Source: Octopus vulgaris (Eukaryota). Taken from it: a stretch of 64,000 nucleotides of DNA. Within the stretch, counting starts at the first letter, position 1; every line of letters begins with the position of its first letter. A program made the position numbers and the translations under genes. This document shows, in pieces, positions 1 to 12,403 of the stretch. A model generated the notes under the pieces. It saw nothing but the letters and a program-made list of their open reading frames with translations, was not told the origin of the DNA and ran no database searches. The DNA is taken from NCBI GenBank assembly GCA_951406725.2, contig OX597839.1, forward strand, positions 24,862,001-24,926,000, given 5' to 3'.

Positions 1-356
1 ATTCCTTTACTGGTTTCAGCCAGATGCTGGTGCCATGCTGGAGCACAATAACATTGTTACTGAAATATGAAATTAATGAATGTAGAATACAATTGCATAT
101 ATTATAATTAACAAAATATTTTGTGTAATATAAAAGAAATGGATTAAAAATTGTTTGGTATGTGTCACAGCACCTTTCTCTTTTATGTGCCCACCCCCAC
201 CTAACTTCAGAACCTGGCTACACCTCTGCTTATGCTGTTTGCTTTGGATGTACCTTGACTGCAATTTTTAGAAAGTCAATATTGACAAAATTATGTCATC
301 CAGATTAAGAGGTATCTGCGAAAGAAAAATTTCCTGAGCAAAACTGGTCAAAGCAT

Positions 357-577
357 CCTTTTGATACCAACCCACCTGAAACCACCTCTGGTTCTGTAGT
401 ACAAATGTCTTGTTTCCAAAAGTTCTGAATTAAAATCTTCCACCAAACCTTAGTCACAATTTATGTTCCTAACACTAGCTGAATGATAACAAAGTTATTT
501 TATTAAATTCTTTGCTATATTTAAAATGAATTCAAAGAAACTCAGAGCATCTCAACAGAAATATGGTAACGAAAGGG
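357..577. mobile_element. piggyBac-type MITE (~220 bp), copy 1 of a tandem pair
   Basis: Ends CCTTTTGATACC...GGTAACGAAAGGG followed by TTAA; closely similar to 670-891 and to the 57985-58820 units. Confidence 0.75.
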
Positions 578-669
578 TTAAAGACAGTCAGTCAACTTCA
601 ATTTGCTCAAGATTTGGCTGCTGTTTCTAACAAGTCAAACAATTATGTGAAACAAAATCTGCAAATTAA

Positions 670-891
670 CCCTTTCGTTACCAACCTGCCTGAAACCACC
701 TCTGGCTCTGTAGTACAAATGTCTTGCTTTCAAAAGTCCTGAATTAAAATCTTCCACCAAACCTTAGTCACAATATATGTTCCTAACACTAGCTGAATGA
801 TAACTAAGTTATTTTACCAAAATCTTTGTTATATTTAAAATCAATTGAGAGAAACACAGAGCATCTCAACAGGAATATGGTAACAAAAGGG
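670..891. mobile_element. piggyBac-type MITE, copy 2
   Basis: TTAA-CCCTTTCGTTACC...GGTAACAAAAGGG-TCAA: TIRs starting CCC with a TTAA-like TSD. Confidence 0.8.
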
Positions 892-1112
892 TCAAAGCTT
901 TATTTCCATAGACAGAATGCATATTCCTTATTGCTTCCATTGCTGAAGAATCCCTTAAGAATTCCTACTGCATGCAGTGTCTGATATGGGTCTGTTCTAA
1001 ACTCATTTTAAAAGGGTAGAAATCAACATAAATTTAACCACCATGGTATGAAGGAATCCACAAAGAAAGAAACAGACGTCAAAATGGAAAAATTAATGCT
1101 TATTTTATTTCA

Positions 1113-1595
1113 TAATAATAATAATGAAATTATTGTATACAGTGCTCAGGTGCACCACAACTTGTCAGAAAGTGCATATAAAGTACATGCAGTAATGTAG
1201 AAATGTCTGGAAAGTGAACAGTGTATGAGTCAGATACATGCTTGTGTGTGTATGGAGGGAGAAAATCAAGTGTAGTGTTGGCGAATCTCAGGAAGCATGG
1301 AAGTTTTGAAGGATGCAGTGCTCCGACAACTAACAACTGATGCCGGCAGTTTGTTCCATGCTTCAGCGTGTGTATGGAGGGGAGAAAATCAAGTGTAGTG
1401 TTGGCGAATCTCAGGAAGCATGGAAGTTTTGAAGGATGCAGTGCTCCGACAACCAACAACTGATGCCGGCAGTTTGTTCCATGCTTCAGCAACTCTCAGC
1501 GTGAAAAAATGTTTCCTGAAGTCATGGGAGCTGTGCTGTTTTCTTACTTTGTAAATATGTCCATGGGTGTTAGACGGGTGGAGTTTGAAGATTTG
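1113..1595 (-). mobile_element. CR1-clade LINE 3' fragment with an internal ~123-bp tandem duplication (1246-1367/1368-1490)
   Basis: Translation RKHFFTLRVAEAWNKLPASVVGCRSTASFK is a typical CR1 ORF2 C-terminus; (ATT)n tail at 1113-1124; related to 47341-47539. Confidence 0.8.
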
Positions 1596-1921
1596 AGAAA
1601 GTGCTCTCAAAATTATTGCATGGAAACTATGATGGGACTTTCTTTCCAATCTAATATACAGTAGTGGCCATAATATAAGGGTCAGGAATAACAAGCATAC
1701 TGAAGTATTTATTCTAGAAGATTAACAAAACGTTGAGACTAGAACAATCTTCCAAATTCTGCTGCAATTTGGAAGATTGTTTGTTTATTTCCTCATAACT
1801 TAAGAAATATTTATTCCATTCACTTAAAAATTTCATGAAAGTTAGATATTAGACATATCTAAATATTTGTAAAATGTCTTCTCCCAATTTTGTATAAGTG
1901 CACACATTTATGACATATATA

Positions 1922-2038
1922 TCATCATCATCAGCATCATCGTTTAGCGTCCGCTATCCATGCTAGCATGGGTTGGACGGTTCAACTGGGGTCTGGGAAG
2001 CCAGAAGGCTGCACCAGGCCCAGTCTGATCTGGCAATT
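1922..2038 (-). mobile_element. SINE family B 3' fragment ((GAT)n tail)
   Basis: CATCATCGTTTAGCGTCCG...CATGCTAGCATGGGTTGGACGG, shared with many copies in the window. Confidence 0.75.
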
Positions 2039-2349
2039 TTTAGAAAATCAATATTGACAGAATTTGGTTGTTAATCTTCTACAATAACATGGTGCCCCAG
2101 CATGGCCGCGGCCTTCGTGCTGAAACATTTTTAAGGATTTAAGGAAAAACTATTTCAATACACTTGTTCCTACTGACCCTTAAATTACGGCCACTACTGT
2201 ATATGTGTGCGTGTCTGTAGACATGTGTGCATGTCACAGTATCAGAGTGTTGATCAGACCATCAGATGCTGTTATACACCACTGGTCACAATGCGTTTCT
2301 AATTCTGTTGTGATTGTGGCATTTCTTTTTCATCTCGACCCAACTTGCT

Positions 2350-2500
2350 TAACTAAATCATCTTCCCATCATCATGGAGGCCTTTCAGGTGGCCTTTTTC
2401 TGATCTCTTGGATGCCACTGAGCAACTGTAGGGCTCCACCTGTTGTTTGTGAATCTTGCAACATGTCTGGTGTGGTGCAACTTTTGCTTTTGGTACTCTG
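2350..2500 (-). mobile_element. Decayed RTE-clade LINE 3' fragment
   Basis: Minus strand reads HVARFTNNRWSPTVAQWHPRDQ / KRPPERPP**WEDDL, matching the RTE ORF C-terminal GHVAR...RW...W.P...R..GRP...W.DD pattern; stops and a frameshift present. Confidence 0.65.
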
Positions 2501-2606
2501 TGACCACATCGTTCACTCTCTGCTCTGCTCTGCTCTCATATTATCTCGTTTCGAATGTGCTCTCACAACGATATTCATGTGCATGTATGTATCATCATCA
2601 TCATCA

Positions 2607-2659
<53 letters not shown>

Positions 2660-2691
<32 letters not shown>

Positions 2692-2910
2692 TCAACATTT
2701 GTTTTCCGTGCTGGCATGGGTTGGATGGTTTGACAAAAGCTGACCAGCTGAAGGGCTGTTCAGGCTCCATGTTTGTTTTGGCATGGTTTCTATAGCTGGA
2801 TGACCTTCCTAATGTCAACCACTCTGAGAGTGTAGTGGGTGCTTTTATGTGCCACTGGGACGAGGGCCAGTCAGGTGGTACTGGCATTTTTTGCATGCCA
2901 CTGGCCGGGA
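2660..2910 (-). mobile_element. SINE family B, diverged copy next to a (CAT)/(GCC)/(CAC) trinucleotide run
   Basis: CATGGGTTGGATGG...GCTGGATGACCTTCCTAATGTCAACCACTC core. Confidence 0.7.
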
Positions 2911-2917
2911 GTCAGAT

Positions 2918-2994
2918 AGATACATATATACATATATGCATATATATATATATATATGCATATATATATATATATGCATATATATATATATATA

Positions 2995-3060
<66 letters not shown>

Positions 3061-3568
3061 TGCGTGTGTGTATGTATGCATATATGTATGTATGCATGTA
3101 TATGCGTATGTATATATATGTGTGTAAGTGTGTGCATATATGTATTTGTAAGTATGTGTGCGCGTATGAGTATGTATGTATGCTTGCACACGTGTATATA
3201 TATATGTGTGTGTGTGTATTTATATGGATGCGCGTGCGTGTGTGCACGTGTATGGGTACGCATGTATATGTGTATGTGCGTGTATGCGTATACGTGTATG
3301 TATGTATGTGTGTGCGTAGATTTGTATATGTATGTGTGAGTGTGTATATATATATATATATATATATACATATATATAGATGGGTGTGTGTATGCGTATA
3401 AATGCATGTAAGTATGGATGTATAGATGTATGTATGTATGTATACGTATGTATGTGTGTATGTGTGTATGTATATATATGTGTGTGTATATATGTTTGTG
3501 TATGTATATATATGTGTATGTATGTGTGTGTATGTGTATGTGTGTATGTGTAGGTATGTGTATATATG

Positions 3569-3620
<52 letters not shown>

Positions 3621-4078
3621 TATGTATCTGTATGTAGGAGTATATATATGTGTGTGTGTGTATGTATATGCGGGTATATATATATATATATATATATGTA
3701 TATTTATTGGTGTATATGTATAGACTAGCCTCCTAAAGTGTAGACACGAATCTGTAGGTACGAGTACGTATGTGTATATACGTGAACGTATGTAGATGTT
3801 TGTATGTATGAATATAACGCGTGCGTACGTGTATGTGTATGAGTGTACGAATGGGTGAATGTACGTGCTAATGAGTGTGCGTGCGGGAATGAGTACTTGC
3901 CTTCTAGTAGACAGACAAACGGACAAGCAGCTATTGCCAGGATTCTTAGCCCTAGCGATCAAAGATAACAAAAGTAATAAATGAAGATAATAAAATTAAA
4001 ATTAGGGAATGGGCCTGTATTGGATTGTATATATATATATGTATATGTATATTTGTATGTATGTATGTGTGTATGTGT

Positions 4079-4144
<66 letters not shown>

Positions 4145-4200
4145 AGATATATGTGTATGTGTGTATGTGTGTGTAGATACGTATACATGTGTGTATAGGT
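2918..4200. repeat. Compound (TA)n/(TG)n microsatellite field
   Basis: Directly visible dinucleotide runs. Confidence 0.9.
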
Positions 4201-4535
4201 ATAAGTGAGAATCTCCTTATTTACCTATAACTCTATCCCCCCTTTTTTTATATATATATTTTATATATATATATTTTATATATATATTTTATATATTTTT
4301 ATATATATTTTTTTATATATATTTTTTATATTTTTTATATTTTTTATATTTTTTTTATATTTTTTATTTTTATTCTTTTATTTTATCCTTTTATTTTTTT
4401 ATTTTTTTATTTTTTTATTTTTTTATTACCTTGACCACTCCCCCAAGTATGATATTTTGCGCTATGCCTACCCCCAAAAAGTCCCCCACCACCACTCCTC
4501 TAAATGTATAAATGCTAATACAATTCTTGTTAAAT

Positions 4536-4586
4536 AGCTTCCTGAAGATTTCTCTTGAATGAAACAGTACTAGTCCTGTAGAAGCT
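4536..4586 (+). ncRNA. Type I hammerhead ribozyme motif (PLE-associated)
   Basis: AGCTTC-CTGAAGA-tTTC.tctt.GAAt-GAA-ACAG.tactagtc.CTGT-A-GAAGCT: helix I 6 bp, helix III 4 bp, GUA site; helix II weak. Same family as 25354-25404. Confidence 0.6.
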
Positions 4587-4598
4587 CCTTCTATATAA

Positions 4599-4650
<52 letters not shown>

Positions 4651-5186
4651 TAATATAGATATACATACACACTCATAGATATATACACACATGTATGCAT
4701 ACATGTGTGTATGTTTGTATACTGTATAAACTTAGCCTAGTATAGAAGCCAGGGTGTATATAGCACTTAGTAATCTGTACATGTAAATTAATATATCTTC
4801 AATCTAATTAAAATTAATGATAACCATATATGTGTGTGCAGTGTGTGTATAGTGTGCATAAAATAAACATATATTTATATATGCACACGCACAACCACAT
4901 GCACTCACACACAAATATACACATGCACTCACACACATGTACATTCATATACACACACACATGTTTATGTAAGCATATACTTTTAAATCAAAGAGTATGA
5001 GATACTTTTTATATTGTTTGCATGTGTGTGTATGGCTGTGTGGTAAGATCCTTGCTTCTCAACCACATGGTTCTGGTTTCAATCCTACTGCATCGTACTG
5101 TGGGCAAGTGTCTTCCAGTAATAGCCTCAGGCTAACTAAAGCCCTGTGAGTGGATTTGGTAGACTGAAACTGAAAGAAGCTTGTTG

Positions 5187-5515
5187 TCATCATCATCATC
5201 GTTTAACATCCGTTCTCCATGCTAGCACGGGTTGGACGGTTTGACCGGGGTCTGGGAAGCCAGGGGCTGCACCAGGCTCCAGTCTGATCTGGCAGAGTTT
5301 CTACAGCTGGATGCCCTTCCTAACGCCAACCACTCCGTGAGTGTAGTGGGTGCTTTTTACGTGCCACCCGCACAGGTGCCAGGCGAGGCTGGCAACGGCC
5401 ACGGTCGGATTGGTGCATTTTACGTGCCACCGGCACGGAAGCCAGTCGAGGCGGCACTGGCTTCGGCCACGATTCGGATGGTGCTTTTTACGTGCCACCA
5501 GCACGGAAGCCAGTT
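5187..5515 (-). mobile_element. SINE family B with internal GTGCCACC...TTTTAC subrepeats
   Basis: (CAT)n tail, GCTGGATGCCCTTCCTAACGCCAACC core, three ~55-bp subrepeats. Confidence 0.85.
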
Positions 5516-5516
5516 G

Positions 5517-5547
<31 letters not shown>

Positions 5548-5894
5548 GATACATATATATATATTTACACACACACACACACATATATATATATGAATTG
5601 GCTCCTGTGCTGGTGGAATCCATGCGTGGGTCCTTGCCAGAACCACCTGACTGGCTCGCCGTGCTGGTGGCACGTAAAAAGCACTACCCAAACGGGATCA
5701 ATGCCAGTGCCCTCTGACTATTTTTTTTATCGTATATTTATTTTGTAAACAAATGATACAATATTACATAAACATTTTATAATGTTTCTTTTTTTTCTGG
5801 AAACTCGCAGCGTACTGGCACACAGACTGTCACCGGTCTGCAGACCACCACTTTGAGTAGCTCTGGTTTACATGACTCCCGCACGTATATATAG

Positions 5895-6250
5895 GAGGCC
5901 AGTCAGGGCGGCGCAGGCAACGGCCACGTTCTGTGATAAGAGAACCATCCGAATATGGCCGTTGCCAGCACCGCCCCGACTGGCCTCCGTGTCAGTGGCA
6001 CATAAAAACACCATCCGATCGTGGCCGTTTGCCAGCCTCGTCTGGCACCTGTGTCGGTGGCATGTAAAAAGCACCCACTACACTCACGGAGTGGTTGGCG
6101 TTAGGAAGGGCATCCAGCTGTAGAAACACTGCCAGATCTGACTGGCCTGGTGCAGCCTTCGGGCTCCCCAGACCCCAGTTGAACCGTCCAACCCATGCTA
6201 GCATGGAAAGCGGACGTTAAACGATGATGATGATGATGATGATGATGATG
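5895..6250 (+). mobile_element. SINE family B
   Basis: GGTTGGCGTTAGGAAGGGCATCCAGCTGTAGAAAC core, ends AAACGATGATGAT. Confidence 0.85.
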
Positions 6251-6264
6251 ATATATATATATAT

Positions 6265-6489
6265 AGTCATAACTGACAGAAATATTTAGATGAATCTTTG
6301 TTTAACAATAAAAAATCAAAATTTGTTCCGGCTGTGTGGTAAGTAGCTTGTTTGCCGACCACATGGTTCAGGGTTCAGTCCCACTACATGATACCTTGGG
6401 CAAGTGTCTTCTACTATAGCCTCTGGACGACCAAAGCCTTGTGAGTGGATTTGGTAGATGGAAACTGAAAGAAGCCTGTCGTATATATG

Positions 6490-6520
<31 letters not shown>

Positions 6521-6909
6521 TTGTGTGTATGTTTGTGCATCTGTGTTTGTCTCCCCAACATCACTTGACAACTGATGCTGGTGTGTTTATGTCACCGTAA
6601 CTTAGCAGTTCGGCAAAAAGTGACCAATAGAATAAGTACTAGGCTTACAAAAGAATAAGTCCTGGGGTCGATTTGCTCGACTAAAGGTGGTGCTCCAGCA
6701 TGGCCACAGTCAAAATGACTGAAACAAGTAAAAGAGTAAAGAGAATCTCAAAAAAACACGGAAATAACTTGATATTGATATCATATTTGATATTAAACGA
6801 ATTACTTGAATTTGTGCACTTATACAAAATGAACCAAATTCGTCATCATATTTGGATTTTTTATCGTTAAATAAAGATTCATCTAAATATATCTGTGCCA
6901 TTTATGACT
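6265..6909. mobile_element. MITE with ~55-bp imperfect TIRs, interrupted by a SINE
   Basis: 6265-6322 (AGTCATAA..ACAGAAATATTTAGATGAATCTTTGTTTAAC) is the imperfect reverse complement of 6851-6909. Confidence 0.6.
6330..6743 (+). mobile_element. tRNA-derived SINE family A
   Basis: A box GGCTGTGTGG, B box GGTTCAGTCCC, TTGGGCAAGT block, internal TA/TG tract, (TAAAAGAG)n tail. Confidence 0.9.
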
Positions 6910-6948
6910 TTATACACCACTCCTTATTCTTTTCTCTTTTCTCATACT

Positions 6949-7114
6949 CAGGGCCGGGCCCCAGGCTTTCTGGCGCCCTGGGCATGCTGAACTTTGGCAT
7001 GTACAAGCTGACGGTCATGGAAATTTCCTTGTCTGTGTCATGCCCTCCTTGCCACCCCCAGCACATGGTAACCCGGGTGACTGCCTGAGTTGTCGGTACC
7101 TTGAGCCAGCCCTG
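6949..7114. mobile_element. hAT-type MITE
   Basis: TIRs CAGGGCCGG / CCAGCCCTG; imperfect 8-bp TSD CTCATACT / ATCATATT. Confidence 0.65.
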
Positions 7115-7217
7115 ATCATATTATATATTCTATGTTTTGTAGAATGAGACATTTAGGAGCTTTTTTATGAGTAACACCGGATTAATTGAATCCATATATT
7201 GTGACTTAAATTCATGC

Positions 7218-7271
<54 letters not shown>

Positions 7272-7273
<2 letters not shown>

Positions 7274-7721
7274 TCTCTTTTACTTGTTTCAGTCATTATT
7301 TGACTGCGGCCATGCTGGAGCACCACCTTTAGTCGAGCAAATCGACTCCAGGACTTATTCTTAGTAAGCCTAGTACTTAATCTATCGGTCTCTTTTGCCG
7401 AACCGCTAAGTTACAGGGACGTAGACACACCAGCATCGGTTGGGGGACAAACACAGACACACAAACATATACACACACACAAACATACACACACACACAC
7501 ACACACATATATATTAAGTAAATATCTCGAAGACATCGGATCATGAAAGAACTAACAACAAGATATATATATACGATGAGCTTCTTTCAGTTTCCGTCTA
7601 CCAAATCCACTCACAAGGCATTGGTCGGCCCAAGGCAATGGTAAGGTGCCACGCAGTGGGACTGAACCCGAAACCATGTGGTTGGTAAGCAAGCTACTTA
7701 CCACACAGCCACTCCTGCGCC
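7272..7721 (-). mobile_element. SINE family A carrying a 50-bp foreign insert
   Basis: Head CCACTCCTGCGCC at 7709-7721, tail at 7272; internal deletions relative to other copies. Confidence 0.9.
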
Positions 7722-8074
7722 TATATATATATTTATAATAATAAAGGAATATCAATTCCGGCGTCACAGGGATGAGATATTCAAGTTAAGAATATTAAGT
7801 TGAATTATTCTCAATAAATAAATACATATATATCAAAGTAGCAGTTGGAGACAGAAATCCCCATTTGTATATATTTTTCCTTTATATATATTTTTTTAGG
7901 CGTAATTCACATTTAACTCTTAATTAATTATGGCTGAAACTGCAGGGTTCAATGAAATTATTTACACATCTCTATGTTTTTGATATACTAGAAATTTATT
8001 TATACATCTGTTTAGTTTGATATACCTTTAAGTTGAAATATATAATGATAGATAAAATTATAAACGGGGGATAG

Positions 8075-8175
8075 TTGGACCTGAAGATTGGGGTTGTATA
8101 TAAGAGGAAGGTTCTGTAAGAGACTGCGTGTCTCATGGACATAGTATACGAACTCATGAAACCCGTGTAGTCGAA
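8075..8175 (+). ncRNA. Type I hammerhead motif with extended helix II
   Basis: ttgGAC-CTGAAGA-[TGGGGTTGTATA...TATACGAACTCA]-GAAAC.ccgt.GT-A-GTCgaa; inner GAGAC/GTCTC hairpin. Confidence 0.55.
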
Positions 8176-8300
8176 AACTTTGAATATGAATAGTAAGTAT
8201 TAAATATAATATTCTAAGACATGGTTGAATTTATATTCTGATTTGATGATTGTCTCTAATTGATCAGTGTGTGTGTATGTATGTATGTATGTATAAAAGA

Positions 8301-8332
<32 letters not shown>

Positions 8333-8335
<3 letters not shown>

Positions 8336-8602
8336 CTGGCTTCCGTGCCGGTGGCACATAAAATACACCAATCCGACCATGGCCGTTGCCAGCCTCGCCT
8401 GGCACCTGTGCAGGTGGCACCTAAAAAGCACCCACTACACTCACGGAGTGGTTGGTGTTAGGAAGGGCATCCAGCTGTAGAAACATTGCCAGATAAGACT
8501 GGAGCCTGGTGCAGCCTTCTGGCTTCCCAGATCCCCGGTCGAACCGTCCAACCCATGCTAGCATGGAGAACGGACGTTAAACGATGATGATGATGATGAT
8601 GA
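8333..8602 (+). mobile_element. SINE family B
   Basis: Same core and (GAT)n tail. Confidence 0.85.
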
Positions 8603-9859
8603 TATATATATATATATATGGGGAGAGAGAGAGAGAGAGATACACACATATATATATGCATATATGTATATAGACATAAACCTCTAAACTAATATATTAA
8701 TAAACACACACACACACACACACATGCATATATACACCCACATATGTTTCTATGCGTTTACACATCCATCAACAAAGTACATATATAGAAATCTATTTGC
8801 ATACGTCCACTCTGCCATATTGCATGACGCATTTATGTGATTGCTGCGTCCATATTTACATATTTACAGCGACGATGCCTGACTGGAATCGGTCGAGGAC
8901 AAGATTCATGGCATCGGATCAAAATTACTCCAAGAGAAGCAATATGGCAGCTGATCAAAATCGGTTGGAAGCAACCAATATGGTTGTTAAATGAAATTAA
9001 CCCAGATGAAATGAAATGGCATGTATTGGGGGTCTTGGAGTGGGGGAAGCTGTTTGGGATTGAAGGTGGAGGAGGCAGGCAATGGCGGTGGTAAAGGTAG
9101 GGTCTTGGAGTGGGGAAGCAATGGTGGAGGAGGCAATGGCGGTGGTAAAGATGGGAGGGTAGAGTAAGGAGAGCAAGGAGCAGGGAGTGGAGGATCGTGG
9201 AGAGAATAATAAGTAAATATCTCGAAGACATCGGATCATGAAAGAACTAACAACAAGATTGATACGTCTTTAATTCCGACACCATTTCGCATCGCCGACA
9301 ACAGAATCGTTGACCTGCTTCACCTTGTTCGCAACACGCGCAACTCTCGGAACCGCGATCTTCATAATGTTAACAACGTCTGTCGGATTTGTAAAGTTAT
9401 CGTCCATCACACCACAATGCTCCCCCCAACGCACACCGACCTGCCCCACCTCCCCTCACACATAGCGGCATCATTCTACATCAATGACATCATAATTGCA
9501 TCCCCCCTCCCATCCATACGATGCTCAATGCAAATGCTGCCCGTCGATGCCTAGTTTACCAATTTCTGTAGATTAAATTTTTGGCGCCATAATCTTCGGT
9601 TAATTAGCAACTGACCTGAACCAAACAGATACCTCCATGTAGCAATATTTGCAGACATGTATTACTACATGGTGGTATAGTCTGCTAGAAATTGCAGCCA
9701 AATATCCTTCAGGTCTTCCGTTGATGTCTTACTATAAGAAAAGGATAAATGAAAGATGTGATGGGCATGGTTGGATGGCTTTGGTCATAGAAGTCAACTC
9801 TATATGGATTGAACTTTAACACCACCACCATCGCCACCACCACTGTCAGTTACACACAC

Positions 9860-10215
9860 AGCAGAATGAGGTGCCACTGCATAGTACCGAAAATCCTAAC
9901 ATTGCCATCAGGATTCAGGAGCAGATACTGCAACAGCTTGGGCTTCAAGGGCCCACAGCTCTTCATTATCCTCCCACAAAGCCTGACGGGCCTGCATGGT
10001 GTGGATGTAGGCTTTTCCAAAACAAAACTAGATCTCCTTCTGTCATGAGTTCTGGATGAACCTTCCTCAAGACAAGAAACATGATGAGGGTAGCAACGTC
10101 AAACTCCCTCATTCACCAAATGCCACATATCAGTGGAGGCTTAGTGAAAGTGAAGCAAATCAAGTGGTGGTGCTCCAGCATGGCCACACCTCTCAAGATG
10201 AAAGTAGAAAAGAAA
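9860..10215 (+). mobile_element. Non-LTR retrotransposon ORF2 C-terminus plus 3' UTR (decayed)
   Basis: NSLGFKGPQLFIILPQSLTGLHGVDVGFSKTKLDLLLS*VLDEP resembles the LINE C-terminal GP.LFN.LP...FK..LD..L...PDEP motif; 3' UTR contains the SINE-A tail motif. Confidence 0.6.
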
Positions 10216-10325
10216 GAAATAATATATATGCCTATACATGTTTATTTATATGGAAATGTATATATATTTCTGAAGCAGATCGTAGGCTTGAAACGTCAAA
10301 GAAGACTCTTCTATTTCCTGAGTAT

Positions 10326-10370
<45 letters not shown>

Positions 10371-10372
<2 letters not shown>

Positions 10373-11493
10373 GGAGTTGGACAAAATAATGGAAACACCT
10401 TGCATCATGATTTTGAAATATCTATAAAACCATCAAAAGCTTGTTTATTTTTATGTTTTTTGATTTATTATTAGTGTTTGGCTAAAATTGCTGTTTCTTT
10501 TCAGATATCACCAGAAAAAGGTAATTGAAATTCATTAAAATGACAGATTTATTGGACTTTCAAAGAGGTCAAATTGTTGGGGCCCATTTGGCAGGCGCTA
10601 GCATAACGAAAACAGCCGAAATGTTTGGTGTATCAAGAAATACTGTCTCAAGTGTAAAGACAGCCTTTGAGAAAGAAGGAAAAACCTCCTCATTGAAACA
10701 ACTCCGGAAGAAAACCAAAACTTTCAGATAGGGACCGTCAAACTCTTACACAAATTGTTAGAAAGGATCACAAAAGTACAGCTCTCAAAATTACTGCAGA
10801 GCTTAATAACCACTACTTTCAAAAACAAAGCATTTAGAGTGGAGTAACAACCTACAGAATTGGTCCCTAGTGCAGTGGAAGAATGTTATTTTCTCAGATG
10901 AGTCATCCTTTACCTTATTTCCGACCACTTGCCGAGTATACGTGTAGAGACAGCTAAAAGAAGCATTTGACCCAGACTGCCTTCTTCCAACTGTTAAACA
11001 TGGAGAAGGATCAACGATGATCTGGGTGTGGGGGGCTATATTTTGAAAATCTGCTTGCCCAATGGTTTCCCTTCATGGCAGAATTAATAGTCAAGACTAT
11101 TTAAGCATTTTATCTGATCAAATTCATCCTATGGTTGCGGAACTGTTTCCGGAGGGAAACATAGTCTTTCAGGATGATAATACACCAATTCTCACAGCTA
11201 AAATTGTTACTGAACGGCACGAGGAACATTCTAGTGAAGTTGAACATCTTAATCTGGCCACCACAGTCCTCAGATCTCAAGAAATCTATATCCTCTACCA
11301 TCATCACTACAAGAACTGAAGACTATTTTAGCTGAAGAATGGACAAAAATTCTTTTGGAAACAATTCAAACTTTGTATGAGTCCAAACTTCGTAGAATTC
11401 AAGCTGTAATTACTGCCAAAGGTGGTCCTACCCCATATTAAAATAAATTTGTTTGAAATTTTAAGGTGTTTCCATTATTTTGTCCAACCCCTG
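10371..11493 (+). mobile_element. Tc1/mariner DNA transposon, internally deleted
   Basis: 31-bp TIRs CAGGAGTTGGACAAAATAATGGAAACACCTT / AAGGTGTTTCCATTATTTTGTCCAACCCCTG, TA on both sides. Confidence 0.95.
10540..11440 (+). pseudogene. Tc1-family transposase pseudogene
   Basis: HTH (FQRGQIVGAHLAGASITKTAEMFGVSRNTV), WKNVIFSDES and FQDDNTP catalytic motifs; frameshifts and stops. Confidence 0.92.
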
Positions 11494-11540
11494 TACATAT
11501 ATATAGTTCAAATTTACAGAAAAACAGAAGATGAAGACAT

Positions 11541-11947
11541 ACTCTATACTCTTTTATTTGTTTCAGTCATTTGACTGTGGCCATGCTGGAGCACTGCCTT
11601 TAGTCGAGCAACTCAACCCCGGGACTTATTCTTTGTAAGCTCAGTACTTATTCTATCGGTCTCTTTTGCCGAACTGCTAAGTGACGGGGACATAAACACA
11701 CCAGCATCGGTTGTCAAGCAATGCTAGGGGGACAAATACAGACACACAAACACACACACGCATATATATATATACATACATATATACGACGGGCTTCTTT
11801 CAGTTTCCGTCTACCAAATCCACTCACAAGACTTTGGTTGGCCCGAGGCTATAGTAGAAGACACTTGTCCAAGGTGCCACGCAATTGGGACTGAACCCAG
11901 AACCATGTGGTTGGTAAGCAAGCTACTTACCACACAGCCACTCCTGC
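11541..11947 (-). mobile_element. SINE family A
   Basis: Near full length, head and tail present. Confidence 0.9.
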
Positions 11948-12403
11948 TCAGGAAAAATGGAAAAGTCTTTTAAGCTTTGAGCTTACGCTCTTCAAGAGAA
12001 AGGAATAAAAGGACAAAAATGTTGAGAGAATGAAAAAAAACCGAAGACAGAAAACCTGTGTTGAGTTCAGTGGTCCAAAATGGCGATATATATATACGTG
12101 TGTGTGTGTGTGTAGAAGGTTGAAAAGTAATACGTAAGTTGATATGTATAAGGAAAATAGGACAATATTTCTTCGCATCTGCTGCTACCTACCTACCGAG
12201 ACAGAAAAATGGAAAAATGTCCCTCATAGCTGAAAACTATGGAAATATTTTAAAAAAACATTGAATTTAATTTTTCAACAATTTAATTGCTATTCATGCT
12301 TTACTCAAGTTGAAAAATTTGCAAAGACTGAAACTGGAACTAAAATATTCTTCATGATAAAATTATTTTAGCATTTTCTATCTTGTCCTATTTTCATTAT
12401 ACA

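Noticed and set aside
2845-3971. Long ORFs of YI/HT/CV repeats (also 14457-15239, 31858-33253, 43957-46516)
   Set aside because: Translations of dinucleotide microsatellites that lack stop codons by composition; not genes.
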